Shown: one piece after another, positions 11,463 to 19,229 of the stretch | Layout of the letters: every line of letters starts with the position of its first letter | Position numbering within the stretch: the first letter of the stretch is position 1 | Assembly: GCA_052148655.1 (NCBI GenBank) | Contig: JBKQHU010000134.1 | Span: 1,442-65,441 of the forward strand | Reading direction: 5' to 3' | From: Acidimicrobiales bacterium | Lineage (GTDB): Bacteria; Actinomycetota; Acidimicrobiia; Acidimicrobiales; Bog-793 | Length of the DNA: 64,000 nt | Made by a program: the position numbers and the translations under genes | The notes under the pieces: model-generated | The model's input: the letters and a program-made list of their open reading frames with translations, nothing else | Told to the model about the DNA's origin: nothing | Databases searched by the model: none

Positions 11463-12092
11463 ATGGCCGAGTTGGCAGTTTCTCGCATCTCGACGGAGTT
11501 GGTGGGCCGGCGCGTCCGCCTCCGGCCGTTGCGTGAGGAGGACTTCGAGGCCTGGAGCGAGGTGCGCTCGCGGTGCCGGGACTGGTTGCTCCCCTGGGAA
11601 CCACGCCCGGCCGGTGCGCCTTACCCGTCGGAGGACCGGACGACCTTCACGACCCGCTGCTCCATGCGCGAGCGCGAGCGGCAACTGGGCACCGGGTACG
11701 GCTTCGGGATCTTCGCGATGGGACGCTTTGTCGGCGAAGTGAACATCTCCTCGGTGACCCGGGGAGCTTTCCAGAACGCCTACGTCGGTTACTGGATCGA
11801 CCAGGCGCAGGCGGGCCGCGGCTATGTGCCGGAATCCTGCGTACTGTTGTTCCGCTTCGCGTTCGAGGAGATCGGGCTCCACAGGCTCCAGATCTCGATC
11901 ATCCCCCGCAACCGCCCGAGCCGCCGCGTCGCCCAGAAGCTGTGGCTTCGCGGCGAGGGCATCGCCCTTCGCTACCTCGAGATTGACGGGCGCTGGGAGG
12001 ACCACGTCCGCTACGCCCTCACGGCCGAGGAATGGGTCGAGCGCCGGGACCGGTACCTCCGCCAGTGGCTGGCCGGCACCGCTAACTGGTAG
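11463..12092 (+). CDS. GNAT family N-acetyltransferase (RimJ/RimL-like)
   Basis: VRLRPLREEDFEAW...NAYVGYWIDQAQAGRGY...FEEIGLHRLQISIIPRNRPSRRVAQKLWLRGEGIALRYLEIDGRWEDH. Confidence 0.8.
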   Translation: MAELAVSRISTELVGRRVRLRPLREEDFEAWSEVRSRCRDWLLPWEPRPAGAPYPSEDRTTFTTRCSMRERERQLGTGYGFGIFAMGRFVGEVNISSVTRGAFQNAYVGYWIDQAQAGRGYVPESCVLLFRFAFEEIGLHRLQISIIPRNRPSRRVAQKLWLRGEGIALRYLEIDGRWEDHVRYALTAEEWVERRDRYLRQWLAGTANW

Positions 12093-12152
12093 CAGGCCTC
12101 TCAGGGCGACGGTCCAGTCCGCCGCCGGGACGAGGGGGCGCCGCGTCCGGTC

Positions 12153-13487
12153 TCAGGGCCGCCCGGCCGAGACGAAGCCCGGCCAGTACATCGGGTAGTA
12201 GGCGACGTCGGTCCCGACCTCGGCCGCCTGGATGATCGTCTGGGTCCCGAACGGCCCCGAACCGACGTACATGGCGACGTGGGTGATGGGCAAGGCGCCG
12301 TCGTCGGGGAAGTGGTAGAAGAGCAGGTCACCCGGCTCGATGTCCGCCAGGCTGACCGGGACGGACTCCGCATCCTGGACCGTCGCACCGTGCAAGAGGT
12401 CGACGCCCGCCGCGGCCCATGTGACCATCGTGAGGCCCGAGCAGTCGACGCCCTGGCGGCTCGCCCCACCCCAGACGTAGGGCACGCCCAGGTAGGACTC
12501 CGCCGCCGCCACCGCCTCTAGACCCTGAGCGTTCGTCCCGGCCGGAGCGAGCGGTTGTCCGTAGCCGGGTTGACCACCACCGGTCCCCGGCCCGTAGGGC
12601 CAAGCTCCGCCACCGCTGCCGGGCCCGTCTCCGCCCGTGCTGCCACCTCCGCCTGTGCTGCCACCTCCGCCCGTGCTGCCACCTCCGCCCGTGCTGCCGC
12701 CGTCATTGGCGTGATCGCGCTTGGCGGCGGCGGCGGCAGCCGCGGCGGCGGCAGCCCTCGCCGCGGCTGCCTTCTCGGCCGCCCTCAAAGCCGCGGCCGC
12801 GGCAGCGGCAGCTGCTGCGGCTATCTCTTGTTCCCGCTTTATGGTCAGTTGGTAAAGCTGCCCCTTGACCTGTTGGAGGGCCGTGTCCGCGGCTTGTGTC
12901 GCTGCCTGGGCGACGACACGGGCCCTGTTCGCCGCTTGCTGGGACTGTGCCGCGGCTGCAAGGGTTCTCGACTGGGTCGTCAGCTCGGCTGCGAGCCTCG
13001 CGCTGAGCATGTGCAGGTGGTTCACTGCGGCATCGAGGGTACGTACGACGATGTCCGAGTAGACCCCCGCGCTCTGCGCATCGTTCACGCTCGAGTCGAG
13101 GATGGCGCCGACTTGCGAGTCGAGTCCGTCGCCGGTCACGTACGCCTCGACGGCCGCTGTCTGTGCCCGGAGGCGCGCGGCCACAACCTCGCGTCGGGTC
13201 GTCTTGAGCTCGCGCTCGGTCTTGGCGAGAGTCGCCTGGTCCTCCTGAAGGAGCACCGTCTGCTCGTCATACTGCTCGGCCGCGGCCGAGACCTTGTTCT
13301 GGTCTGATGTGATCTCCTGGGCCAGGGCCTGGGCGCGAGCCTGGAGAGAGTTGATCTGCGAGTTGGTACGGTTGATCGGACTAGGCGACGCTCCGGCTGG
13401 GGCGTCGACCACGAAGAGTGAAACTGCCAAGGCAACGACGGCAACAACTGAGCCTTCCCGGCAGGGCCGTCGTCTCTTGTGCAACAT
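12153..13487 (-). CDS. Secreted NlpC/P60 peptidoglycan endopeptidase with an N-terminal coiled-coil (RipA-like)
   Basis: Signal peptide, then a long coiled-coil, poly-Ala and (GGSTGG)n linkers. The C-terminus LGVPYVWGGASRQGVDCSGLTMVTW...HVAMYVG is the NlpC/P60 catalytic core. Confidence 0.9.
   Translation of the reverse strand: MLHKRRRPCREGSVVAVVALAVSLFVVDAPAGASPSPINRTNSQINSLQARAQALAQEITSDQNKVSAAAEQYDEQTVLLQEDQATLAKTERELKTTRREVVAARLRAQTAAVEAYVTGDGLDSQVGAILDSSVNDAQSAGVYSDIVVRTLDAAVNHLHMLSARLAAELTTQSRTLAAAAQSQQAANRARVVAQAATQAADTALQQVKGQLYQLTIKREQEIAAAAAAAAAAALRAAEKAAAARAAAAAAAAAAAKRDHANDGGSTGGGGSTGGGGSTGGGGSTGGDGPGSGGGAWPYGPGTGGGQPGYGQPLAPAGTNAQGLEAVAAAESYLGVPYVWGGASRQGVDCSGLTMVTWAAAGVDLLHGATVQDAESVPVSLADIEPGDLLFYHFPDDGALPITHVAMYVGSGPFGTQTIIQAAEVGTDVAYYPMYWPGFVSAGRP
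12631..12702 (-). repeat. Four tandem 18-bp repeats encoding the GGSTGG linker of the NlpC/P60 protein
   Basis: ccgcccgtgctgccacct occurs four times (one or two mismatches per copy) at 12631, 12649, 12667 and 12685. Confidence 0.9.
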
Positions 13488-13622
13488 GTCTTAACTTTGG
13501 TCACATTAGCCACGGGTGTCAACTGAATAGCAGCTGAGCAGGGCTTCCTGGCCGACAAAGGAGCAGCTAACGGAGCTCGCCACGTGATGGACTGAGCTTT
13601 GACGGGGCCGTAGAGAGTTCTC

Positions 13623-13696
13623 GGGGACGTAGCCCAACCGGCAGAGGCAAGGCGCTTAAAACGCCCACAGTGAGGGTTCGATTCCCTCCGTCCCCA
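13623..13696 (+). tRNA. tRNA, class I (5-nt variable loop), anticodon 5'-UAA-3' (nominally Leu UUR); amino-acid identity uncertain
   Basis: Hand-folded cloverleaf:
- Acceptor GGGGACG/CGTCCCC.
- D arm GCCC-AACCGGCAG-AGGC, with G18G19.
- Anticodon arm AGGCG-CTTAAAA-CGCCC, with U33 and A37.
- Variable loop ACAGT.
- T arm GAGGG-TTCGATT-CCCTC.
- Discriminator A73, followed by encoded CC.
- An A15/T48 Levitt-type pair is possible. Confidence 0.8.
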
Positions 13697-13713
13697 CCTC
13701 CGTCCCCACCTCG
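13685..13713 (+). repeat. Tandem 12-nt duplication of the tRNA 3' end (CCTCCGTCCCCA, 2 full copies plus 5 nt)
   Basis: 13685-13696 and 13697-13708 are identical, followed by the partial copy CCTCG. The first copy is the T-stem 3' strand plus the acceptor 3' strand of the tRNA. Confidence 0.9.
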
Positions 13714-13725
13714 ACCCCAAGTTGT

Positions 13726-13770
13726 CCTCACCCCGATCCTCACCCCGCTCTCACCCCGCTCTCACCCCGT
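13726..13770 (+). repeat. C-rich 11-12-nt tandem repeat (TCACCCCG core, 4 copies); G4-tract array on the minus strand
   Basis: The TCACCCCG core occurs at 13728, 13740, 13751 and 13762. Together with 13685-13720 the minus strand carries seven GGGG runs spaced about 6-10 nt apart. Confidence 0.85.
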
Positions 13771-13919
13771 GCTTCACCTCGGCGTAGCACCGGTTCTCGA
13801 CGGTCCTCACGATCCGACGCGATCGCCGCTACCCGAGGCGGCAACTCGCGAGTTATCGGATCGCACGGGCGAACCGGCGGCCCGTGACTCGCTTTCGGCG
13901 GAACCGTTCCGGCTCCGAG

Positions 13920-13944
13920 CGAGGGCCTGCAAGGCAGGCCCTCG
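13920..13944. other. Perfect 11-bp hairpin (CGAGGGCCTGC-AAG-GCAGGCCCTCG) in a non-coding region
   Basis: Read directly from the sequence. There is no U-tract on either side, so its role (I-shaped terminator or 5'-UTR element) is open. Confidence 0.5.
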
Positions 13945-14070
13945 CGATCGGGCGAGGCGAGCGGGAGTAGTCGGCAGCCTGCAGGGTGACTACGATCCTG
14001 TGGCCGGCCCTCGCCAGGGGCGTCCGTGCGCTGGCGAGAACGTACGTGCCCGGCACGAGGGGGGGATCCG

Positions 14071-14737
14071 ATGGCCATTGACGGCCCAGTACTGACAGAC
14101 ACCCGCGACATGGTCGCTTTGCACGACGCCTTCAAACGCGTCCTCAGGGACGCCCCGAGCCAGATCGCTACGGTCCTCGACGGGGACACCGTTTCGCGCC
14201 CGGCGCCTCGGCGGTTACCTCGGTGAGGTCCTTTGGCTGCTGCACGCCCACCACCAGGCCGAGGACGAGCTCCTGTATCCCCTTCTGTCCGAACGCGCCC
14301 CCGAGGACCGAGGGCTCTTTTCCAGAATGGAGGGCCAGCACGCGGCGCTGACCTCGAGCATCCAAGCCGTGGAGGGGGCAACGGGGCGGTTCGCGGCATC
14401 CGGCTCGGCCGTCGATGGCCGGGCGTTGGCGAGCGCGTGCGAGTCGCTCGGCGACACCTTGACCGAACACCTGGACGAGGAGGAAGAAGAGGTGCTGCCG
14501 ATTGCCGCCCGCTGCGTGTCACCGTCCGAGTGGGGGGCGATGCCCGAGCACGCGCTGTCGCACTACCCCGGTACGCGAGTGTGGCTGCCCTTCGGGCTTG
14601 TGCTGGAGGCGATGCCGGACGACGTCCGCGAGAACCTGTTGGCGCACGTTCCCCCGCCCGTGTCGGAGATGTGGTTCGGCGCCGGGTCGGCTGCGTTCGC
14701 AAACGAGATGGCATTTGTGAGACAGGGCGCTTCGTGA
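14071..14737 (+). pseudogene. Hemerythrin (HHE cation-binding) domain protein, interrupted by a +1 frameshift near 14194
   Basis: The frame from ATG 14071 reads MAIDGPVLTDTRDMVALHDAFKRVLRDAPSQIATVLDGDTV and then hits a stop at 14224. The next frame continues RARRLGGYLGEVLWLLHAHHQAEDELLYPLLSERAPEDRGLFSRMEGQH...LTEHLDEEEEEVLP to 14737. That second frame has no start codon of its own before 14327. Confidence 0.75.
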
Positions 14738-15250
14738 CCTAGCGCGAAGCGCACGGTTGGCGGTGTGTCAACGTCCGAGGCGGCGAATCGCGCAGGGCGT
14801 TGGGTAACGAGCCACCCACGGCCGATCGAGATGTAGCCGGGCCGGGCGCAATAACCTCACAAAACTCGGCGTTATCCCCCGGTTGTCCTCTAGAAAGCCA
14901 CAATCACCCCTCGCTATGATGAGGCCTCGAGACGAGATGGGAGCGGCCCCGCCCGAACGGAAAACGTTCCCATCAGCGCAGCCAGCGGGAGGGCCGCTTT
15001 GGGCCTGCGTGGCCACCCCGCTGGCTGCGGTTCGTGATCGGCTCGGTCGGGACATTTCCTGGAACGTGTGGCGCCTCGACACCACGGCGCATCTGTCCAG
15101 CCATCATCCCCAGAGCTGCGTTCGTGATGGGGGCAGCGCGTCCCACCGGGTCCGACCAGCGCCCGGAACGCGTCGGGCGGCTGATCGCGACCCGCCTCGG
15201 CCCGACCTGCTCGTCCGCCAAGCCGGCGCGTCGGGCGCTAGGGCATCGGG

Positions 15251-16030
15251 GTGCCTCCGGAGCGACTGCACGAAAGTTCCGCCATGGTGAGCGTCCTGCG
15301 GTACCACGAGATCTCCGAGTCCTCCCATCGGATCATGAATCCGCTGTCGTTCGACAATCTGCTGTTGCTCGGTGACATCTGTCGTTTGGCTAAGGGCACG
15401 CGGATGTTGGACCTCGCCTGTGGAAAGGGCGAGATGCTCTGCCTGTTCGCGAGAGACTTCGGTGTCGGCGGTGTCGGCATCGACATTCACGGCCCATATC
15501 TCGCGGACGCGCGGGCACGGGCCGCCGAGCTCGGAGTCGAGGGCACCGTCCGGTTCATCGAGGGTGACGCCGGTGACCCGCCCGAGCTCGGTGAACGTTT
15601 CGACATCGTCAGTTGCATCGGGGCTACCTGGATCGGCGGCGGGTTGAACGGCACACTCGCGCTGATGGGACCACTCGTGGTGCCCGGTGGTTGGCTGCTC
15701 GTAGGGGAGGTCTATTGGGCGGAGACGCCCCCCTCTCGGGTCAGGGAGAAGTACGAAACCGGACAGGATTTCGCCGACCTCGCCGGGACCCTGCACCGTT
15801 TCGAGGCTTCCGGCGTCGATCTCGTCGAGATCGTTCTGTCCAGCCCGCAGGACTGGGACCGGTATGAGGCAAGCCAGTGGCGCAACGTCGCCGACTGGCT
15901 CGCCTCCAACCCGGAGGATGCGGAGGCGGCCGAGATCCTCGAGGAGCGCGACCGCTCGAGGCGCGACTATCTCGCCGACGAACGCCGCTGTCTCGGGTGG
16001 GGCGTTTTCGTTCTCAGGGCACAGAGATGA
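15251..16030 (+). CDS. Class I SAM-dependent methyltransferase
   Basis: RMLDLACGKGEMLCLFARDFGVGGVGIDI (motif I)...VRFIEGDA...FDIVSCIGA. Start is uncertain: GTG 15251 or ATG 15284. Confidence 0.8.
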   Translation: MPPERLHESSAMVSVLRYHEISESSHRIMNPLSFDNLLLLGDICRLAKGTRMLDLACGKGEMLCLFARDFGVGGVGIDIHGPYLADARARAAELGVEGTVRFIEGDAGDPPELGERFDIVSCIGATWIGGGLNGTLALMGPLVVPGGWLLVGEVYWAETPPSRVREKYETGQDFADLAGTLHRFEASGVDLVEIVLSSPQDWDRYEASQWRNVADWLASNPEDAEAAEILEERDRSRRDYLADERRCLGWGVFVLRAQR

Positions 16031-16190
16031 AGGCGCGCAGCAACGCGGGTGGCTCGTGCGGCGGCACCGGAGGCCATGACCGCCGTCACCCGGGCCTTGT
16101 CCGGACGGCGCCGCGGCTTTCTGCGACGTCTTCCCGCTCGTCTCGATGATCTCGAGGCCGTACCAGGTCGGGGGCTAGGGTCGGGAGGCC

Positions 16191-16943
16191 TTGAAGGGTC
16201 TCGATCCGCTCTGGTTGGTGTTGGCCGGATTCGGTTCCGGCCTGTGCGGCAGCGTGGCCGGTCTGGCGTCACTTGTCAGTTACCCGGCGCTGCTGGCCGT
16301 CGGGCTCACGCCCGTGAGTGCAAACGTGTCCAACACCGTCGCACTCGTGTTCTCCTCCGTGGGCTCGGTCTGGGGCTCGCGCCCGGAATTGACGGGCCAG
16401 AGAGCCAGGGCTCGGCGCCTTGTCCCGGTAGCGGTCGCCGGCGGGCTCACGGGCGGACTCCTGTTGTTGGAGACGCCCTCGGACACCTTCGCTCGCGTGG
16501 TGCCGTGCCTGATCGGGCTCGCGGCGCTCACGATCCTCATCCCGCGCAACCCGGCCCGCTCGGCGCCGGGCCCGGCGCACCGGCCGACCTGGAAACTCAG
16601 TGCGGGCGTGTTCCTTATCGCTGTCTACGGCGGCTACTTCGGGGCCGCGGCGGGGGTGCTGCTCCTGGCGCTGGTGTTGTTCGCCACCGCAGAGCCGCTG
16701 GCGCGGAGCAACGCCATGAAGAACCTGCTCGTGGGGTCGGCCAATGCGACCGCCGCCGTGGTGTTCGTCGCAATAGGGCCCGTCCACTGGTCGGCCGCGA
16801 TCCCCCTCGCCGCGGGCTGCCTGGCCGGAGGTCGGTTGGGCCCGGTCATCGTGCGATGGGTCCCCGCGGCACCGCTGCGGGCCGTCATCGCCTGCGCGGG
16901 TCTCGGCCTGGCGGTCCACTTGGGTCTGGATGCGTACCGGTGA
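16191..16943 (+). CDS. TauE/SafE (DUF81) family anion exporter
   Basis: Polytopic membrane protein. GSGLCGSVAGLASLVSYPALLAVGLTPVSANVSNTV and the repeated half GGYFGAAAGVLLLA are typical of TauE/SafE. TTG start is uncertain. Confidence 0.75.
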   Translation: MKGLDPLWLVLAGFGSGLCGSVAGLASLVSYPALLAVGLTPVSANVSNTVALVFSSVGSVWGSRPELTGQRARARRLVPVAVAGGLTGGLLLLETPSDTFARVVPCLIGLAALTILIPRNPARSAPGPAHRPTWKLSAGVFLIAVYGGYFGAAAGVLLLALVLFATAEPLARSNAMKNLLVGSANATAAVVFVAIGPVHWSAAIPLAAGCLAGGRLGPVIVRWVPAAPLRAVIACAGLGLAVHLGLDAYR

Positions 16944-17045
16944 AGTTCGCACGCTCGGCCATGCGGGCCCCAGCGGCACGCTTGACCGTCCTGGCCCGGA
17001 CCGGCCTTTCCCGCCGGCCGTCGCCCAGCAGTGCCGGGGAGTGTC

Positions 17046-19217
17046 CTAGGTCGGCGTGTAGACCTTCCCCACGTAGTCGTCGAGCATGCGGGTGGCCGAG
17101 TACATCGGCCCGAGCGTGCGCATCGACGCCCGCACCCGCTGCAACCACCGGGTCGGGATCCCGCGGGCGTCGCGGTCGAAGAAGAGCGGCTTCACTTCGT
17201 TTTTGACGAGCGAGTAGAAGGTCGCCGCGTCACGTGCGTCCTTCGCGGCCGCGTCTGGGTCCGTGTCACCGTCGATGGCCCAGCCGTTCGAGCCGTCGAA
17301 TGCCTCCGCCCACCATCCGTCGAGAACGCTCAAGTTGAGGCAACCGTTCAAGGCAGCCTTCATGCCGCTCGTGCCGCTCGCCTCGAGGGGCGGGCGGGGC
17401 AGGTTGAGCCACACGTCACAGCCCGCGATGAGGGTGCCGGCGGCGGCGAGGTCGTAGTCCTCGACGAACACGGCGCGGTTGATCACCCCCGGCGAGCTCT
17501 TGAGGGCGAACATGTGCTGGGCGATCGCCTTGGCCGCGTCGTCGAGCGGGTGGGCCTTGCCTGCGAAGACGAATTGCGTCGGTTGGTCGTGGTTGAGCAG
17601 CTCCAAGGCCCTCGCCGCCGGATGCAGGATCAGGTCGAGCCTCTTGTATGTGGCCAGGCGGCGGGCGAACCCCACCGTGAGGAACGACGGGTCGAACGCC
17701 TCGGCGCCGGCCTGCACGACCTCGAGGTCCTCGCCCCGCGCCAGGCGGTCGATCACCGCCTTGCGGCGCAGCTGCTCGACCAGTTCGTTCCGTTGTTCGC
17801 AGCGGGCAGCCCAGAGCTCCTCGTCGGGGACATCGTCGATGCCGGCCCAGACGGCAGGATCGGACGAGTGCCGCTCCCAGCCCACACCGAAGTGCCGGGT
17901 GAGCAGTGCCCGCATCGGCGGGGCCATCCACGTGGGCAGGTGCACCGCGTTTGTGACGTGGGTGATCGGCACCTCGTCCACGGTGAGACTCGGGAACATG
18001 TCGTGCCACATCTCGCGGGCGACCGAGCCGTGACGTGCGCTCACCGCGTTCGTGGATCGGGCCGTGTGGATGGCCAGCTGCGTGAGGCCGCTCGGCTCGC
18101 CCGCATCCAAGGGGTGCACCCGGCCCAGCTTCAAGAGCAGCTCGCGGTCAACGTGCAGTTCGTCGGCGAGGGCCCCGAGCACCGGGAGGATCTCCTCACG
18201 GCTGTAGGTCTCGTTACCGGCCTGCACGGGTGTGTGCGTGGTGAACACGAAGTGGTCGCGCCCGCGCTCGAGCGCCTCGGGCAGCTCGTCGTCGCGAGGG
18301 GTTTTCGAGGACCCGAGCGCGCGCGACGCCACGGCCAGCGTGGCCAGCGCGGCGTGGCCCTCGTTCAGGTGGTAGAGGGTGGGATTGACCGACATGGCGT
18401 CGAGCGCCCGGACCGCTCCCACTCCCAAGAGCGCGTACTGCGCGAGCCGGATCGCACGGTTGCCCTCGTAGAGCCGGGCACTGATCCAGCGCTGGAGCGG
18501 GGTGTTCTCGGCCAGGTCCGCATCGAGCAGGTAGAGGGGAACGCGACCGACGTCGACCCGCCAGACGTGGGCCGACACCTCACCGTCCCAGATGGGGATC
18601 TGGATCGTCAACGGCAAACGATCCGGGTAGGTGACGCGGACGGCAGGCAGCACCTCGGGGTCGACTTCGGTCCAGTACTCGTGTTGCCACCCTGACCGGT
18701 CGACGCGCTGGTGGAAGTAGCCCTTGCGGTAGAGCAGGCCGACACCGACGAGCGGCAGCGCCTGGTCCGACGCCTCTTTCAACACGTCGCCGGCCAGCAC
18801 GCCGAGGCCTCCCGAGTAGACCGGCAGGGACCTGTGCACGGCGAACTCGGCGCACAGGAACGCCACGAGCCCGTCACCGAGGTCGGTCCTTTGCGGGCGG
18901 GTCAGGTCGGCGTCGAGCAGGTCGGCCACCTTGTTGACACGGGCGAGGTACTCGTCGTCGGTCGCCGCCTCGAGCAAGGAGCGTTCCGACAGGTCGCGCA
19001 GGAAGCGGACCGGGTTGTGGTTGCTCAGGTTGAAGCGGTGCACACCGAAATAGCGGAACAGATCGCGGCCGCCCGGGGTCCACGACCAGCGGTAGTTGTA
19101 CGCGATCCGTGCCAGGGGGGACAGGGGTTCGGGCAGCCGACGGGCAAGCCGGTCGACTGCCCGGACAACGTCGTTGCTGCCGTCGAGGGACTGGTCTTGG
19201 CCGCCGGTCGAATTCAT
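17046..19217 (-). CDS. glgP: Alpha-glucan phosphorylase (GT35, 'alpha-glucan family phosphorylase' with DUF3417 N-terminus), paralog 1
   Basis: IAYNYRWSWTP...FLCAEFAVHRSLPVYSGGLGVLAGD...HLNEGHAALA...FVFAGKAHPLDDAAK...WLNLPRPPLEASGTSGMKAALNG. Confidence 0.9.
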   Translation of the reverse strand: MNSTGGQDQSLDGSNDVVRAVDRLARRLPEPLSPLARIAYNYRWSWTPGGRDLFRYFGVHRFNLSNHNPVRFLRDLSERSLLEAATDDEYLARVNKVADLLDADLTRPQRTDLGDGLVAFLCAEFAVHRSLPVYSGGLGVLAGDVLKEASDQALPLVGVGLLYRKGYFHQRVDRSGWQHEYWTEVDPEVLPAVRVTYPDRLPLTIQIPIWDGEVSAHVWRVDVGRVPLYLLDADLAENTPLQRWISARLYEGNRAIRLAQYALLGVGAVRALDAMSVNPTLYHLNEGHAALATLAVASRALGSSKTPRDDELPEALERGRDHFVFTTHTPVQAGNETYSREEILPVLGALADELHVDRELLLKLGRVHPLDAGEPSGLTQLAIHTARSTNAVSARHGSVAREMWHDMFPSLTVDEVPITHVTNAVHLPTWMAPPMRALLTRHFGVGWERHSSDPAVWAGIDDVPDEELWAARCEQRNELVEQLRRKAVIDRLARGEDLEVVQAGAEAFDPSFLTVGFARRLATYKRLDLILHPAARALELLNHDQPTQFVFAGKAHPLDDAAKAIAQHMFALKSSPGVINRAVFVEDYDLAAAGTLIAGCDVWLNLPRPPLEASGTSGMKAALNGCLNLSVLDGWWAEAFDGSNGWAIDGDTDPDAAAKDARDAATFYSLVKNEVKPLFFDRDARGIPTRWLQRVRASMRTLGPMYSATRMLDDYVGKVYTPT

Positions 19218-19229
19218 CAGGGTGTGAAC

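Noticed and set aside
13488-13622. c-di-AMP (ydaO-type) riboswitch upstream of the NlpC/P60 gene, as is common for actinobacterial cell-wall hydrolases
   Set aside because: The reverse-complemented leader lacks the conserved GGGGA.CCA and CCGA..CC..AGCUAACC-type blocks I remember. Only a weak CCGTTAGCTGCTCC resemblance is present.
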